From Candidatus Dormiibacterota bacterium (GTDB taxonomy: Bacteria; Chloroflexota; Dormibacteria; Aeolococcales; Aeolococcaceae), in assembly GCA_963709585.1 (NCBI GenBank), contig CAVPXI010000023.1:32001-96000 (forward strand): DNA of 64,000 nt, written 5' to 3'. Positions 42,938 to 52,247 of the stretch are shown here, in pieces (the stretch's first letter is position 1; each line of letters begins with the position of its first letter). The translations under genes were made by a program, and so were the position numbers. The notes beneath the pieces were generated by a model. The model did no database searches. It had not been told where the DNA came from and worked only from the letters and a program-made list of their open reading frames with translations.

Positions 42938-43528
42938 TCAGCGAGCGTGCCAACCAGGTCCTTGCGCCCCGGTCGCGGAGACGGACTCTTGCCGCCGCTC
43001 GAGCTTGTCTTTGACGTTCCCGATTTGCCCACATCGTTGGCATTCGGTCACAGTCTCGATCAGATCGTAGTCCTGTTTGACCGCTTCCAATGTCGGACGA
43101 TGCGTAGACGAGCGCTGGTGCCAATCATGACCAAACACCTCGCAGCGCAACCGGAAAGGACTCCACCGCCCTCTCTCATATCGCGTCCGGAAAGGTTTGG
43201 GTGTTGCCAAAGTGACCGGGGCTGCCGTTGTCTCGCTGAGGAACGTTTGCAGATCGTTTGTATGACGGCGGATCTGCAGCCGAATGACTGTCGCGCTGCC
43301 AATGACGCCTGCGTAGACAAGCAATGTCCACCAGGGGGAAATAAAGAGGCTAGCGACGACGAGAACGAGCCCAATTCCCCCGACGAGGAGTCCGTCGAAT
43401 GTGTCTCGGATCTTCGCGACGCGGGGAAAGGGGGGGCGGTAGTCGGGCAGAAAGTACCAGCCGAGACCGCCCAGCACGAGTACCCATCCGAAGAGCGTCA
43501 CAGCCCACCAGGGGATCGTTCCAAGCAT
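42938..43528 (-). CDS. Hypothetical membrane protein with C-terminal Cys/His motifs
   Basis: Three hydrophobic segments, then LRCEVFGHDW...CQRCG; start uncertain. Confidence 0.45.
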   Translation of the reverse strand: MLGTIPWWAVTLFGWVLVLGGLGWYFLPDYRPPFPRVAKIRDTFDGLLVGGIGLVLVVASLFISPWWTLLVYAGVIGSATVIRLQIRRHTNDLQTFLSETTAAPVTLATPKPFRTRYERGRWSPFRLRCEVFGHDWHQRSSTHRPTLEAVKQDYDLIETVTECQRCGQIGNVKDKLERRQESVSATGAQGPGWHAR

Positions 43529-43601
43529 GCGTTGGACTTTAAGCCTGCCGAAACCGATCTGCGAAAGACGTTGGAGCCCTTGTAACAAGGAGAACGAGCC
43601 C

Positions 43602-43925
43602 ATGACCGACGAAATTGACGAGATCACCAACCGCCCCGGCAGACCCCTGAGCACGCTGGAAGTCATCGGGCGGCAGGACCCGGAGCCCGCCGTGGTGCTC
43701 ATCCTGCGATTCAACCGTGGGGATGGCGTCATCGACACGATCAGGCTGGCCCACAGCCCGGAAGAGGCGCGCCGCCTGTCCGACTATCTGTTGGGGACCG
43801 CGGATGCGGTACACCTCGAGGCACTGGCCGACGCTGGCGATGCGGAGGCCGCGGAGCTGCTCGCCGAACTGAAGAGGCAGCTCGACGAGCGCGATCCGAT
43901 TCCCGAGTGGTACGCGGATCTGTAA
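43602..43925 (+). CDS. Hypothetical protein homologous to satellite gene 39353
   Basis: AAGGAGAAC RBS; MTDEID..RPG start and VHLEALADAGDAEAAELL. Confidence 0.65.
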   Translation: MTDEIDEITNRPGRPLSTLEVIGRQDPEPAVVLILRFNRGDGVIDTIRLAHSPEEARRLSDYLLGTADAVHLEALADAGDAEAAELLAELKRQLDERDPIPEWYADL

Positions 43926-43982
43926 GCGCGATGAGGCACGGGTCACAAAGGCAAGCGGACAGTGTTGGGCTAGGCTTGCGCG

Positions 43983-44612
43983 ATGGCCCTGTCGGTGCGG
44001 ACCGTCATCCCTTTCTATCGGCTCGGGTTCGGCCTACTCGTGCTCGTGGCCATCCTTATACAGATGGTGTCGCTCGGCCAGTCGGGTGTCCTCGACCCGC
44101 TGCATTACCTCACCTACTTCACCAACCTCAGCAACATGATCGCGGCCGTCGTATTTATCGTTGGCGCGACGGGCTGGCGCTATGTGCGGTCACCCGCCTT
44201 CGACGTGGTGAGGGGCGGTGCGGTCGTGTACATGACCATCACGGGCGTCGTCTTTGCAGTCCTTTTGAGCGGTGTCAATGTCGATGCCCAACTGCGATGG
44301 GTCAACGATCTCATCCACCAGGTGTTTCCAATTGTTGTCCTTGCTGATTGGTTGCTCGACCCGCCCAAGGCACGGGTGACGCTCAGGCAAGGGGTGCTGT
44401 GGCTGACTTTCCCGGTCGCCTGGGCGGCATACGAACTGATCCGCGGAGCGACCTCGGGGAAGTATCACTATCCGTTCCTGAATCCGGTCAACGGCGGGTA
44501 CGGAAGCGTCGCCCTCTACGTGGTCGTGATCTCCGTATTCACGCTCATTGTCTCCGGAGTTGTCGTGTGGCTCGCAAACGCTCGGAGGCACCTCGAGCAC
44601 GAGCCCGCATAG
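43983..44612 (+). CDS. Pr6Pr / FAR-17a-AIG1-like integral membrane protein
   Basis: YFTNLSN, YMTITGVVF.VLL, H.V.P....DWL, YPFLNP. Confidence 0.8.
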   Translation: MALSVRTVIPFYRLGFGLLVLVAILIQMVSLGQSGVLDPLHYLTYFTNLSNMIAAVVFIVGATGWRYVRSPAFDVVRGGAVVYMTITGVVFAVLLSGVNVDAQLRWVNDLIHQVFPIVVLADWLLDPPKARVTLRQGVLWLTFPVAWAAYELIRGATSGKYHYPFLNPVNGGYGSVALYVVVISVFTLIVSGVVVWLANARRHLEHEPA

Positions 44613-45044
44613 GAGAAACTCCCGGCCACATCTCCGGACGCTAAGAGAGAGCGCCGAACGATCCCGTGCTAAGATGAGCCTACGATCCGCGTACCGCTGC
44701 TGAGCTGCACCGGACAGACGCCCGCGGCGGTGAGGACCGAAGGCTGCAAGCGCCGAGGCTGGAACGTCCACCCGCGGAAGTCATGTGAACGCCGCATTGG
44801 CGGCGACTTCGACGACTTTACCTCGAAATCAAGTTGGACATCGACGGCGCAGACGCCGGCCTCGAGGAGTGGGAATCGCGCCCTTCAGCGGAGGACGGTC
44901 CGCGCCCGACATTCAACGGTCCGGCCGGTATTCCTTCCCGACCTACTCGACGCGCGATCGGACGTGAGTTACGCTACGCACCTTTGGAGCTGGCGTCGTG
45001 GGGACGTTTAGCTGCGGAGAGCGTTCGACGCCTTTGGCGCGGCT

Positions 45045-45070
45045 GTAACCGCTGATGACTTGCTCCCGTT
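45045..45070 (+). promoter_or_regulatory. Putative ECF-sigma promoter GTAAC-17-CGTT
   Basis: Same motif and flanks at 59667-59692 (-) and 61238-61263 (-). Confidence 0.6.
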
Positions 45071-45085
45071 GACCGGGTAGCCGCC

Positions 45086-45814
45086 ATGAAACTCACCAAC
45101 GTCATCGGCACTGTGATCGCCGCGTTGAGCCTCGCGGCTGGTGGATCGACAGTCGCGCCGACTGTTTCTCCAACTTCCGCGCTAACTGTCGGGGCAACCG
45201 TAGCGCCGACTCCCAGCGCAACGCCCACCGCGACACCCACGCCAACTCCGATCGCCACGCCCACTCCGTCTGCAAGGCCTACGCCCGCACCGCCTGTGCT
45301 CGTGCTCGTCGAAACGTGCGATGGCTCCGCAAACGCTGACAACTATGGCAGCGTGACGTTCTCTGGTGACACACCCGGCTTCGACTTCGTAGTGTACGGT
45401 CCTGGGCGATTGGGTGGATGGGCAGGGGCAACGACAGCAGATGCAAGTGGCGACGGAACAGTCAGCGACCTTACTGCTGATGACTATGAGTTCAACAACT
45501 TCGCACCCGCCGATATGCCGGGAACACTCACCGGCTCGTTCGCCATCGTGGCGTGCCCGCCGACGCCCACGTATAGCGTCACACAGACATGCGCCGCCCC
45601 TGGTAGTGCTCAGGGCGGGAGCGTGATGATTACCTTCGCAGGTGGCACGCCTGACACCGTTGTTATTGACGGCAATACCGTGGACGTGACCGGCAACCCG
45701 TTCACCTATGGGCCCCTCACCGTGGGCGATCACAGGATCACCGTTGAAGGTTTCGTCTGGCCAGTCACCATTACCGCGTGCGTATCTACGCCGCACTTGA
45801 CCGTCACAGTCTGA
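45086..45814 (+). CDS. Secreted PT-linker protein with Cys-bounded beta modules (probably continues to ~46003 via frameshift)
   Basis: Signal peptide paralogous to 59569 and 61141 lipoproteins; TPTP linker. Confidence 0.65.
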   Translation: MKLTNVIGTVIAALSLAAGGSTVAPTVSPTSALTVGATVAPTPSATPTATPTPTPIATPTPSARPTPAPPVLVLVETCDGSANADNYGSVTFSGDTPGFDFVVYGPGRLGGWAGATTADASGDGTVSDLTADDYEFNNFAPADMPGTLTGSFAIVACPPTPTYSVTQTCAAPGSAQGGSVMITFAGGTPDTVVIDGNTVDVTGNPFTYGPLTVGDHRITVEGFVWPVTITACVSTPHLTVTV

Positions 45815-45989
45815 CGGTGCTCCGGGCCGCGTGGCATGGACCGGCACCAAGACGGGTGACACACTCTTTATCGGCGCCGGCGCGTTTTCCGTCACTCTTC
45901 CGACTGGCACCGGTGGCACGTCTGGACCACTCCCAGCTGGGACGTTCGACACCGAGAGTGGCAGCGGCACGTCAGCGCTCGGCGGCCCA

Positions 45990-46092
45990 AAACACAGTAG
46001 ATAATTCACCCACCGACGCTCGAGACACTCGAGATCGGAAAGCCGAGGTAGCACAGCGCTAAACCCGTGGATGGTTGCCGGGTATCTCTCTT
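45990..46092 (+). repeat. att site 3: left arm + core, no recognisable right arm
   Basis: A 45990, B 46049, core 46075. Confidence 0.82.
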
Positions 46093-46129
46093 TTTTACTC
46101 CACGCCGAGGACTGGAACGTCGACTGCAC

Positions 46130-46444
46130 GGTCGACGGGATGACGTTCCCGAGGAGGAGTTACCGGACGTGACTGACGCTGCGCACGCTGTGGTCCAGGA
46201 GGCCAAAGACGCCGGCGTGTTTGTGTTCGCCGGCGGACTGCAGGACCACCAGGAAGCGAGCGTCGTGGCCATCGACGGGACGATCACCGACGGCCCGTAC
46301 CCGGAGAGCAAGCAGTTCCTCGGCGGATTCACAGTCGTCGACGTGCCCTCACGCGCCGAGGCGCTGGAGTGGGCTGCCAAGCTCGCGGTCGCCTGCCGAT
46401 GTGCTCAAGAGGTTCGCGAGATCCTGTTCGACCCGACCGTCTGA
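46130..46444 (+). pseudogene. YciI/DGPF-family gene, 5'-truncated
   Basis: EAKDAGVFVFAGGL, TDGPYPESKQFLGGF, EALEWAAKLA.ACRC.QEVRE; normal N-terminus missing. Confidence 0.7.
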
Positions 46445-46500
46445 TCGCAGACCCTCAAGCGGATCAACGATCCCGCCGCCCTCCAAGACAACTGATCCTC

Positions 46501-46676
46501 AAACACAGCAGATAAGTGGGAGCCGTACGCTCGACCCACCCAGGATCAGAGTAGCCGAGGGCACAGCGCTAAACGCCTGGATGGTTGCCGGGTATCTCTC
46601 TCTTGTTTTCCGGCCTCTGGCGCTGTTCTGTATTCGAAACCGAGCAGGTAAGCGCTCAGGCGACATAGCACGGCGC
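46501..46676 (+). repeat. att site 4: left arm + core + right arm
   Basis: A 46501, B ~46560, core 46585, A 46637, B 46666. Confidence 0.88.
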
Positions 46677-46728
46677 CAAGCGAGGCGACCCCCCCAACGC
46701 TCCACATCGATCTGAGAGATTAGGCGCG

Positions 46729-47724
46729 ATGCTCAGATACATCGTCAGCCGCGTCCTGCAGGCGGTGCTGGTCGTCATCGGCGTCGCGACAGTGGTGTTC
46801 TTCCTCGAGCGTCTGATGCCCGGCGACCCGGGAAGGATCATGCTGGGACCGCGCCTCGGCCCGGCCCAGTGGGCGATCTACGACCATCAGAACGGGTTCG
46901 ACCAGCCGATCCCGGTCCAGTACATCGACTTCCTCGCGAATCTTTTCCACGGGAGGATCGCCTTCACGCCGCCGGGATTCGCCGACCAGATCGACCCCTT
47001 CGAGGGTGGCGTGGTCGACGTCGATCTCCAGTCGCTGGTTAAGGGACCGATGATCAACTCGCTGATCCTGACTGGTCTGTCGACACTGTTGGTGATAGCC
47101 CTCACCATCCCCATCGCCCTCTACGAAGCGGCACGGCGGCGCCGGCGTGGAGCGCACCTCTCAAACATCATCTCGATGACGCTGTACTCGATCCCGCCGT
47201 ACCTACTGGGCACGTGGCTCATCCTGGTTCTTGCGACGGATCTGAACTGGATCAATCTGAATACGCCGAATTGGAGCACGGGCGATGTACTCGCCGATCC
47301 GGCGGCGCTGATTCTCCCCACGCTGACCCTGTCAACGGGAACGGTCGCGCTGTTCACCCGCTATCTCCGGGCGTCGACGATCGATGAGCTGACCAAGGAC
47401 TACATCACAACGGCGCGAGCCAAGGGCGCCTCCCGCTCCCGAGTCAGCCTGCGCCATGCGCTCCCCAACGCTTCGTTACCGATCATCACCCTGCTCGGCA
47501 CGCGCCTTCCCCAGATCTTCGGTGCCCAGCTCGTCGTGGAGGTGCTTTTTGGATATCCGGGGCTGGGAACCACGCTGTGGAGCGCAGCGATGAATCACGA
47601 CTTCTACTCCATGCTGGGAGCAATCCTGATCGCTGGCGTTCTCACCACTCTCGGCTCGCTGATCACCGACTTGATCTACGCGGCGGTCGATCCTCGTATC
47701 CGATATGTCCATGCTCGGAGCTGA
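46729..47724 (+). CDS. Orphan DppB/OppB-type ABC transporter permease
   Basis: MPGDP, DYITTARAKG (EAA loop), HALPNA, VEVLFGYPGLG, DLIYAAVDPRIRY. Confidence 0.92.
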   Translation: MLRYIVSRVLQAVLVVIGVATVVFFLERLMPGDPGRIMLGPRLGPAQWAIYDHQNGFDQPIPVQYIDFLANLFHGRIAFTPPGFADQIDPFEGGVVDVDLQSLVKGPMINSLILTGLSTLLVIALTIPIALYEAARRRRRGAHLSNIISMTLYSIPPYLLGTWLILVLATDLNWINLNTPNWSTGDVLADPAALILPTLTLSTGTVALFTRYLRASTIDELTKDYITTARAKGASRSRVSLRHALPNASLPIITLLGTRLPQIFGAQLVVEVLFGYPGLGTTLWSAAMNHDFYSMLGAILIAGVLTTLGSLITDLIYAAVDPRIRYVHARS

Positions 47725-47736
47725 TTCGCGCGCCCC

Positions 47737-47910
47737 AAAGACAGCAGATAATTCGGGCTCGCTCGCTAAGGACATGCAAGATACATAGCGTGCGATAGCA
47801 CGGCGCATAGTCCCGTATGCTTGCCGGTATCTCTCTTGTTTTCCTGGCAGCAACCGAGCTTGCGTTGTCGAAACTGAGTAGATAACTGACTCAGCGTCGA
47901 TCGCACACCG
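47737..47910 (+). repeat. att site 5: left arm + core (one G missing) + diverged right arm
   Basis: A 47737, B 47796, core TTGCCGGTATCTCT 47821, A AAACTGAGTAGATAAC 47871. Confidence 0.8.
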
Positions 47911-48061
47911 CTTGGGGAGTTGGTAACCACGCGTTGCTGCCTCCGACGGCTCTACGAGGGGCGGCGGGGCACCCGTAACCAGGGCGGCCATCGCTCGGTT
48001 CCCTCCGTGCAACCCGATCGTCTGACGACCCTCTGTACTGGCCTGAGGGAAAGGAGCACGG

Positions 48062-48960
48062 ATGAGATCCGCAGTCTTCGCTGGAGCCATCTTTGCAACG
48101 GTGCTCGCGTCAGGCTGTGCGAGCACCCCTGGCACAAACCTCGGCTCGCCGTCAGCGAGCGCCCGGGCGACCCAGCCGTCGTCGACGGCGCCATCAACCA
48201 CGCCAACCCCCGGCACACCGTCGTCGACCTGCTCGAAGGCGACGCCGCTCGATGCCGCAGTGGTGCTGACGGATTGGACGCATGCGCCGGGCTACACCGT
48301 GAACCTCGTGGCTGCAAACGGCTGCGTCATCGCATCGGCCACCGCCCGCACCTGGTCTGGATACTCGGCCACGGCCGGTCAGCCCGTCAGTCTGCCGACG
48401 AGCGAGTCCGCCACGCGCGTGTATTTCCTCGACGGCGATTCGACGCTGCGGTTTCTCGGCCTGGACGGCAGCAAAGGTGTCGCAGCCCAACTGCCCGGAT
48501 CCTCGAGCAGCAAGGTTGCGTTCAGTGTGAGTCCCGACAACACCCGCCTTGCCTTCTCGGTGATGAGTTGGGGTTCGGATGAGCGCCATTTCACGGAGCA
48601 GTCGTATGTCGAGGACCTCGCGACGGGCGCAGATCGCACGGAGCTCTTCACCCTGACTGGCGGCAATGTTGCAGAGGAGCCGATTGGATGGATAAACGGT
48701 GACATCGTGTTCGGCCTGCTGCTCTCGGCCAACCAATACGCTGCGGGTCCAACTCCGCCGATATTCGACGCCTACCACGTAGCGAACCCGCTCACCGGTA
48801 AGCGCCTGACCAGCATCTGCGCCGGGTCCGGCAACGCCTGGGTCTTCGACGGCGGTGACTACACGACACTGCCGACGAGGACAGCAGTGCTCTGTCGAGT
48901 CGGAGAGCAGTACCAGCCGGACGGAACCCTCGAGCTAGTTTCCTGGTCGGGAAGCCGGCG
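48062..48960 (+). CDS. Lipoprotein with beta-propeller-like region (3' end replaced)
   Basis: LASGC lipobox, VYFLDG, FSVSPD; paralog of 58373-59569. Confidence 0.65.
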
Positions 48961-48965
48961 ACCAT

Positions 48966-49313
48966 GTGAGCGTGTCGATTACCCGCGGTTCGAATGGCTG
49001 GACCATCACGGTGAAGGATCCCCGGTCGGGCACATTCACGACCGTAAAGGCCTACTCAGGCCCGGGTACCTCGGCGGAGTGGATCCAGGAGGCTCCCACC
49101 GTCGGCGGCCGCATCGCCACGCTTGCCAGATACGGCGAGGCGACCTTCGACCCGGGGACGGCGAATGGGAAGTCACCCGGCCTGGTCAGCAGCGATGGCG
49201 GAGTGATGGTCCAGAAGAGCATCCAGGTCTCGACACCTTCGGTGCCGGACAAGGACTTTGACGGGTTCAACATCAAGTACGCCAGCACCGCGCCGGCGGC
49301 TCCGTCGAGCTGA
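48966..49313 (+). pseudogene. G1 family glutamic peptidase C-terminal fragment
   Basis: SAEWIQEAP catalytic-Glu motif; no N-terminal half. Confidence 0.7.
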
Positions 49314-49424
49314 CCCGACCCTCCTCCGTTCTTTCATTGCGGCTGCGGCGCTGGTCAGCATCTGTTTGTGACACTGCAGGTCCGTCGATCGGCGGTGCTC
49401 GCAACCGCGTAGACTTGAAGCGCG

Positions 49425-50775
49425 ATGAGAGGGGGTTCGGGAAGGTACGCGATCGCCTGCGGCGTCGCCATGGGATTCGCCCTGTCGATGACGGGTGGCG
49501 CCCTCGCGGATGCCGGGCAGTGGAACATCGTCGCGAGTACGCTCAACACCGGCGTCAATGGCATCGTGAGCGCAGTCGCCTGCGCCGGCACGACGTGCTG
49601 GGCGGTCGGCGGTCCCCAGAGCTACATCGCCAGCCAGCCCGGACCGGCTCTCTTGGAGGGCAACACCGGTAACGGGTGGTTCATCGCAAACGACCCGAGC
49701 CCCCTGATCGTCAACTCCTTGAATGCGGTTACCTGCGTGGATGCCGGCGATTGCTGGGCGGTGGGAGACGCAACCCCTGACCGGACCCTGATCGAGCACT
49801 ACTCGAACGGTGGGTGGACATATGAACCCAGCCCAGCGCTACCACCGGAAGCAACGCTCAACGGCGTGGCCTGCACCAGCCTCACCGACTGCTGGGCGGT
49901 GGGTGGCGACGGCCCGTCAGGCGCCGCCGGACATACCCTCGTCGAGCATTACGACGGGACCAGATGGATCGTGGTGAGTAGCCCCAACAGCAGCCCGAAC
50001 GACTTCCTCAACAGCGTCAGTTGCCCCGCTGCCAACGACTGCTGGGCGGTTGGGGACAACAACACCGATGCACTGTTCGTGGAGCATTACGACGGAACTG
50101 CCTGGACCGTAGATACCGCCCTCGCCGCAGTCGGCACGAACAACAATTTGAGCGGCGTGACTTGCGTCAGCGCCGCGGAGTGCTGGGCCGTCGGCTGGCA
50201 GGGCAACCCGATCGCCTCGTTCACGCAAACGGTCATCGAGCGGTACAACGGTGACGACTGGAGCACGGTGTCGAGTTCCCAACCCGCTGGGTGGATCGTG
50301 GGGCGTCAATTTCCTGAAGGGCGTGAGCTGCGACAGCAACGGAGTGTGCTGGGCGGTGGGGCAGAGCACAGGCGTCGAGGGCTACAACGCGCCGGGACAA
50401 TCGCTCATCGCCGAGTACACAGGCTCCGGAGACTGGACGGCGGTTGCCAACCCGGATCCAGGTCTCTCCGGTGACAATTTCAATGGCGTCGGATGCGGAA
50501 GCGCAGCATGTGTCGCGGGCGGCTCGGGCAGTAACGGTCCGCTGTTGGCGCAGGGTCCCCTTGGCCAGGAGTCCAAGGTCGGTACAACGGGTGGCGCTGC
50601 GTCCTTACCGCCGCCGGGCCTCTCGACCACCAGCGGTGACCCGGCCGTCCCCGATACCGGCGGAGCCGGGACTCCGTGGGCGGCGCTGGCGATTGCCGGC
50701 GGCTTGGCAGCGGTCATCACTGGCTTCCAGTTTCGCCGCCGACGCCTCGAGCGACCGACCATCAGCAAAGTCTGA
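49425..50775 (+). CDS. Secreted Cys-repeat surface protein with sortase signal (frameshift ~50285)
   Basis: Repeats LNxVxC...CWAVG...LIEHY.G..W; C-terminal VPDTG + TM + RRRR. Confidence 0.75.
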
Positions 50776-50830
50776 ACCGCCTCGGGGCAACGCCCCGGAT
50801 CAGCGGGACCCTCGATTAGACTCACCGCTC

Positions 50831-51371
50831 ATGGCTGACCTCGACGAGCAGGGTCGTCCGAAACCTCCCTCTGCAGCCGACGAGGCGGCAACCCTCGTGG
50901 GTTTCGTGGAGTTCCAGCGAGCGACCTTCGCGTGGAAGTGCGCAGGGCTCGACGCGGCCGGCCTGGGAACAAAGGTCGCCGCCTCGTCGATGACCTTGGG
51001 CGGGATGCTCAAGCACCTCGCATTGGTCGAGGACTACTGGTTCTCCCAGTGGCTGCACGGCCGAGACACGAGTCCGCCCTGGGACACCGTGGACTGGGAC
51101 GCAGACCCCGACTGGGACTGGCACTCGGCCGCGAAGGACACCCCCGAGCAGCTGCGTGCCCTCTGGCAGGACAACGTGGACCGCTCGCGCGCCCGGGTCG
51201 CTGAGGCTCTGGCCGGCGGCGGACTTCGAGCAGCTGGCCCGGCGCGCCGAGCCCAGCGGTGAGTCACCCAGCCTGCGCTGGATCATGTGCCACATGATCG
51301 AGGAGTACGCGCGGCACAACGGGCACGCAGACCTCATCCGCGAGGCCGTGGACGGGCAAACCGGGGAGTAG
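50831..51371 (+). CDS. DinB/DUF664 family protein (frameshift ~51220)
   Basis: [41 protein letters not shown]. Confidence 0.85.
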
Positions 51372-51379
51372 GCGCCGGG

Positions 51380-52131
51380 TCAGTCCGGACCCAGCACGAA
51401 GTCGATGGGCTCTCGATACGCGACGCTCGCGCTGCTCACGCCGGCGGCAACAAGCTCGGGATGGGTGCGACGTGCGTCGGCCAGGACACCCTCGGGCAGT
51501 GATCGTGCGTCATACGTGCACACGATGGTCGCGGGGGACGAGGCGAGCGCCAGGTTCACGATTAACTCGTAGCGGAACCACTCCGCAACCTCGGCGTCGG
51601 ACCGGTCGGCCCACACCGCCTCGGCGAGGATCCGGACCCAGGGAGTTCCGCGCTCGAACCGCTCCCTCACGAACGAGAGGTATCCGCCCGCGGCGTCGCG
51701 AAGCGAGCGGTACCACTCCGACAAGTCCAGGAACTCAACCCGGTGCGCGTCGTCCCCAAGCGCCTCACGGAGCAGGTCGCCCTGCCACTTCGTCGGGACG
51801 CACAAGAACTCCCTCAGAGCGCGCGATACCCCCCAAAAGAAACGGGAGCGCGGACTCGAGATACTCGTCCTCCGATCCGTAGATGAGAACCCTGTGCCCG
51901 AGGAGCTGCGGAGATATGGTCGCGTCGCCCCCGACGAGGTAGTCGACGCTGACCCCGAGCGCACTCGCGAGCGCCACCAGGCTGCTGACGCGGACCTGCT
52001 GGCGCCGGCCGGATTCGATCTGGGCGATCGCCGCCCAGCTGAGGCCCGAGTGATACGCGAGAGCCTCGCGAGTTCCAGCCCTTACGCTCTCGCGCCGACC
52101 TGAGCGATCCACCGATCCGAGACGGGGCCAT
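51380..52131 (-). CDS. XRE HTH + MEDS domain regulator (split by indels)
   Basis: ARERKGW, LSWAAIAQIESG..LASALGVSVDYL, HRVLIY, W.RYE..VN, CTYD, RTHP. Confidence 0.7.
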
Positions 52132-52247
52132 GTGTCAATTCTCCACCCAACGGCGCGATCGCCGCGCTCGTTTCTGGGAGTATGTCATAAGACGCTGTCA
52201 TTTGACACGAGAGGCCGTCGGCAGCGACAATTACGACCAGAAAAGTC

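Noticed and set aside
45190-45300. Short tandem repeats here and at 59410-59510 and 60960-61040
   Set aside because: Explained by Pro/Thr/Ala linker coding
42673-47834. Extra 5S rRNA gene copies
   Set aside because: Only the last ~15-17 bp match; upstream sequence is unrelated to 5S
33703-47910. att repeats as a CRISPR array or classical integron attC sites
   Set aside because: Spacing is 0.5-9 kb, there are no cas genes, the repeats are not attC-like palindromes with RYYYAAC/GTTRRRY ends, and no IntI-specific insertion is evident in the integrase
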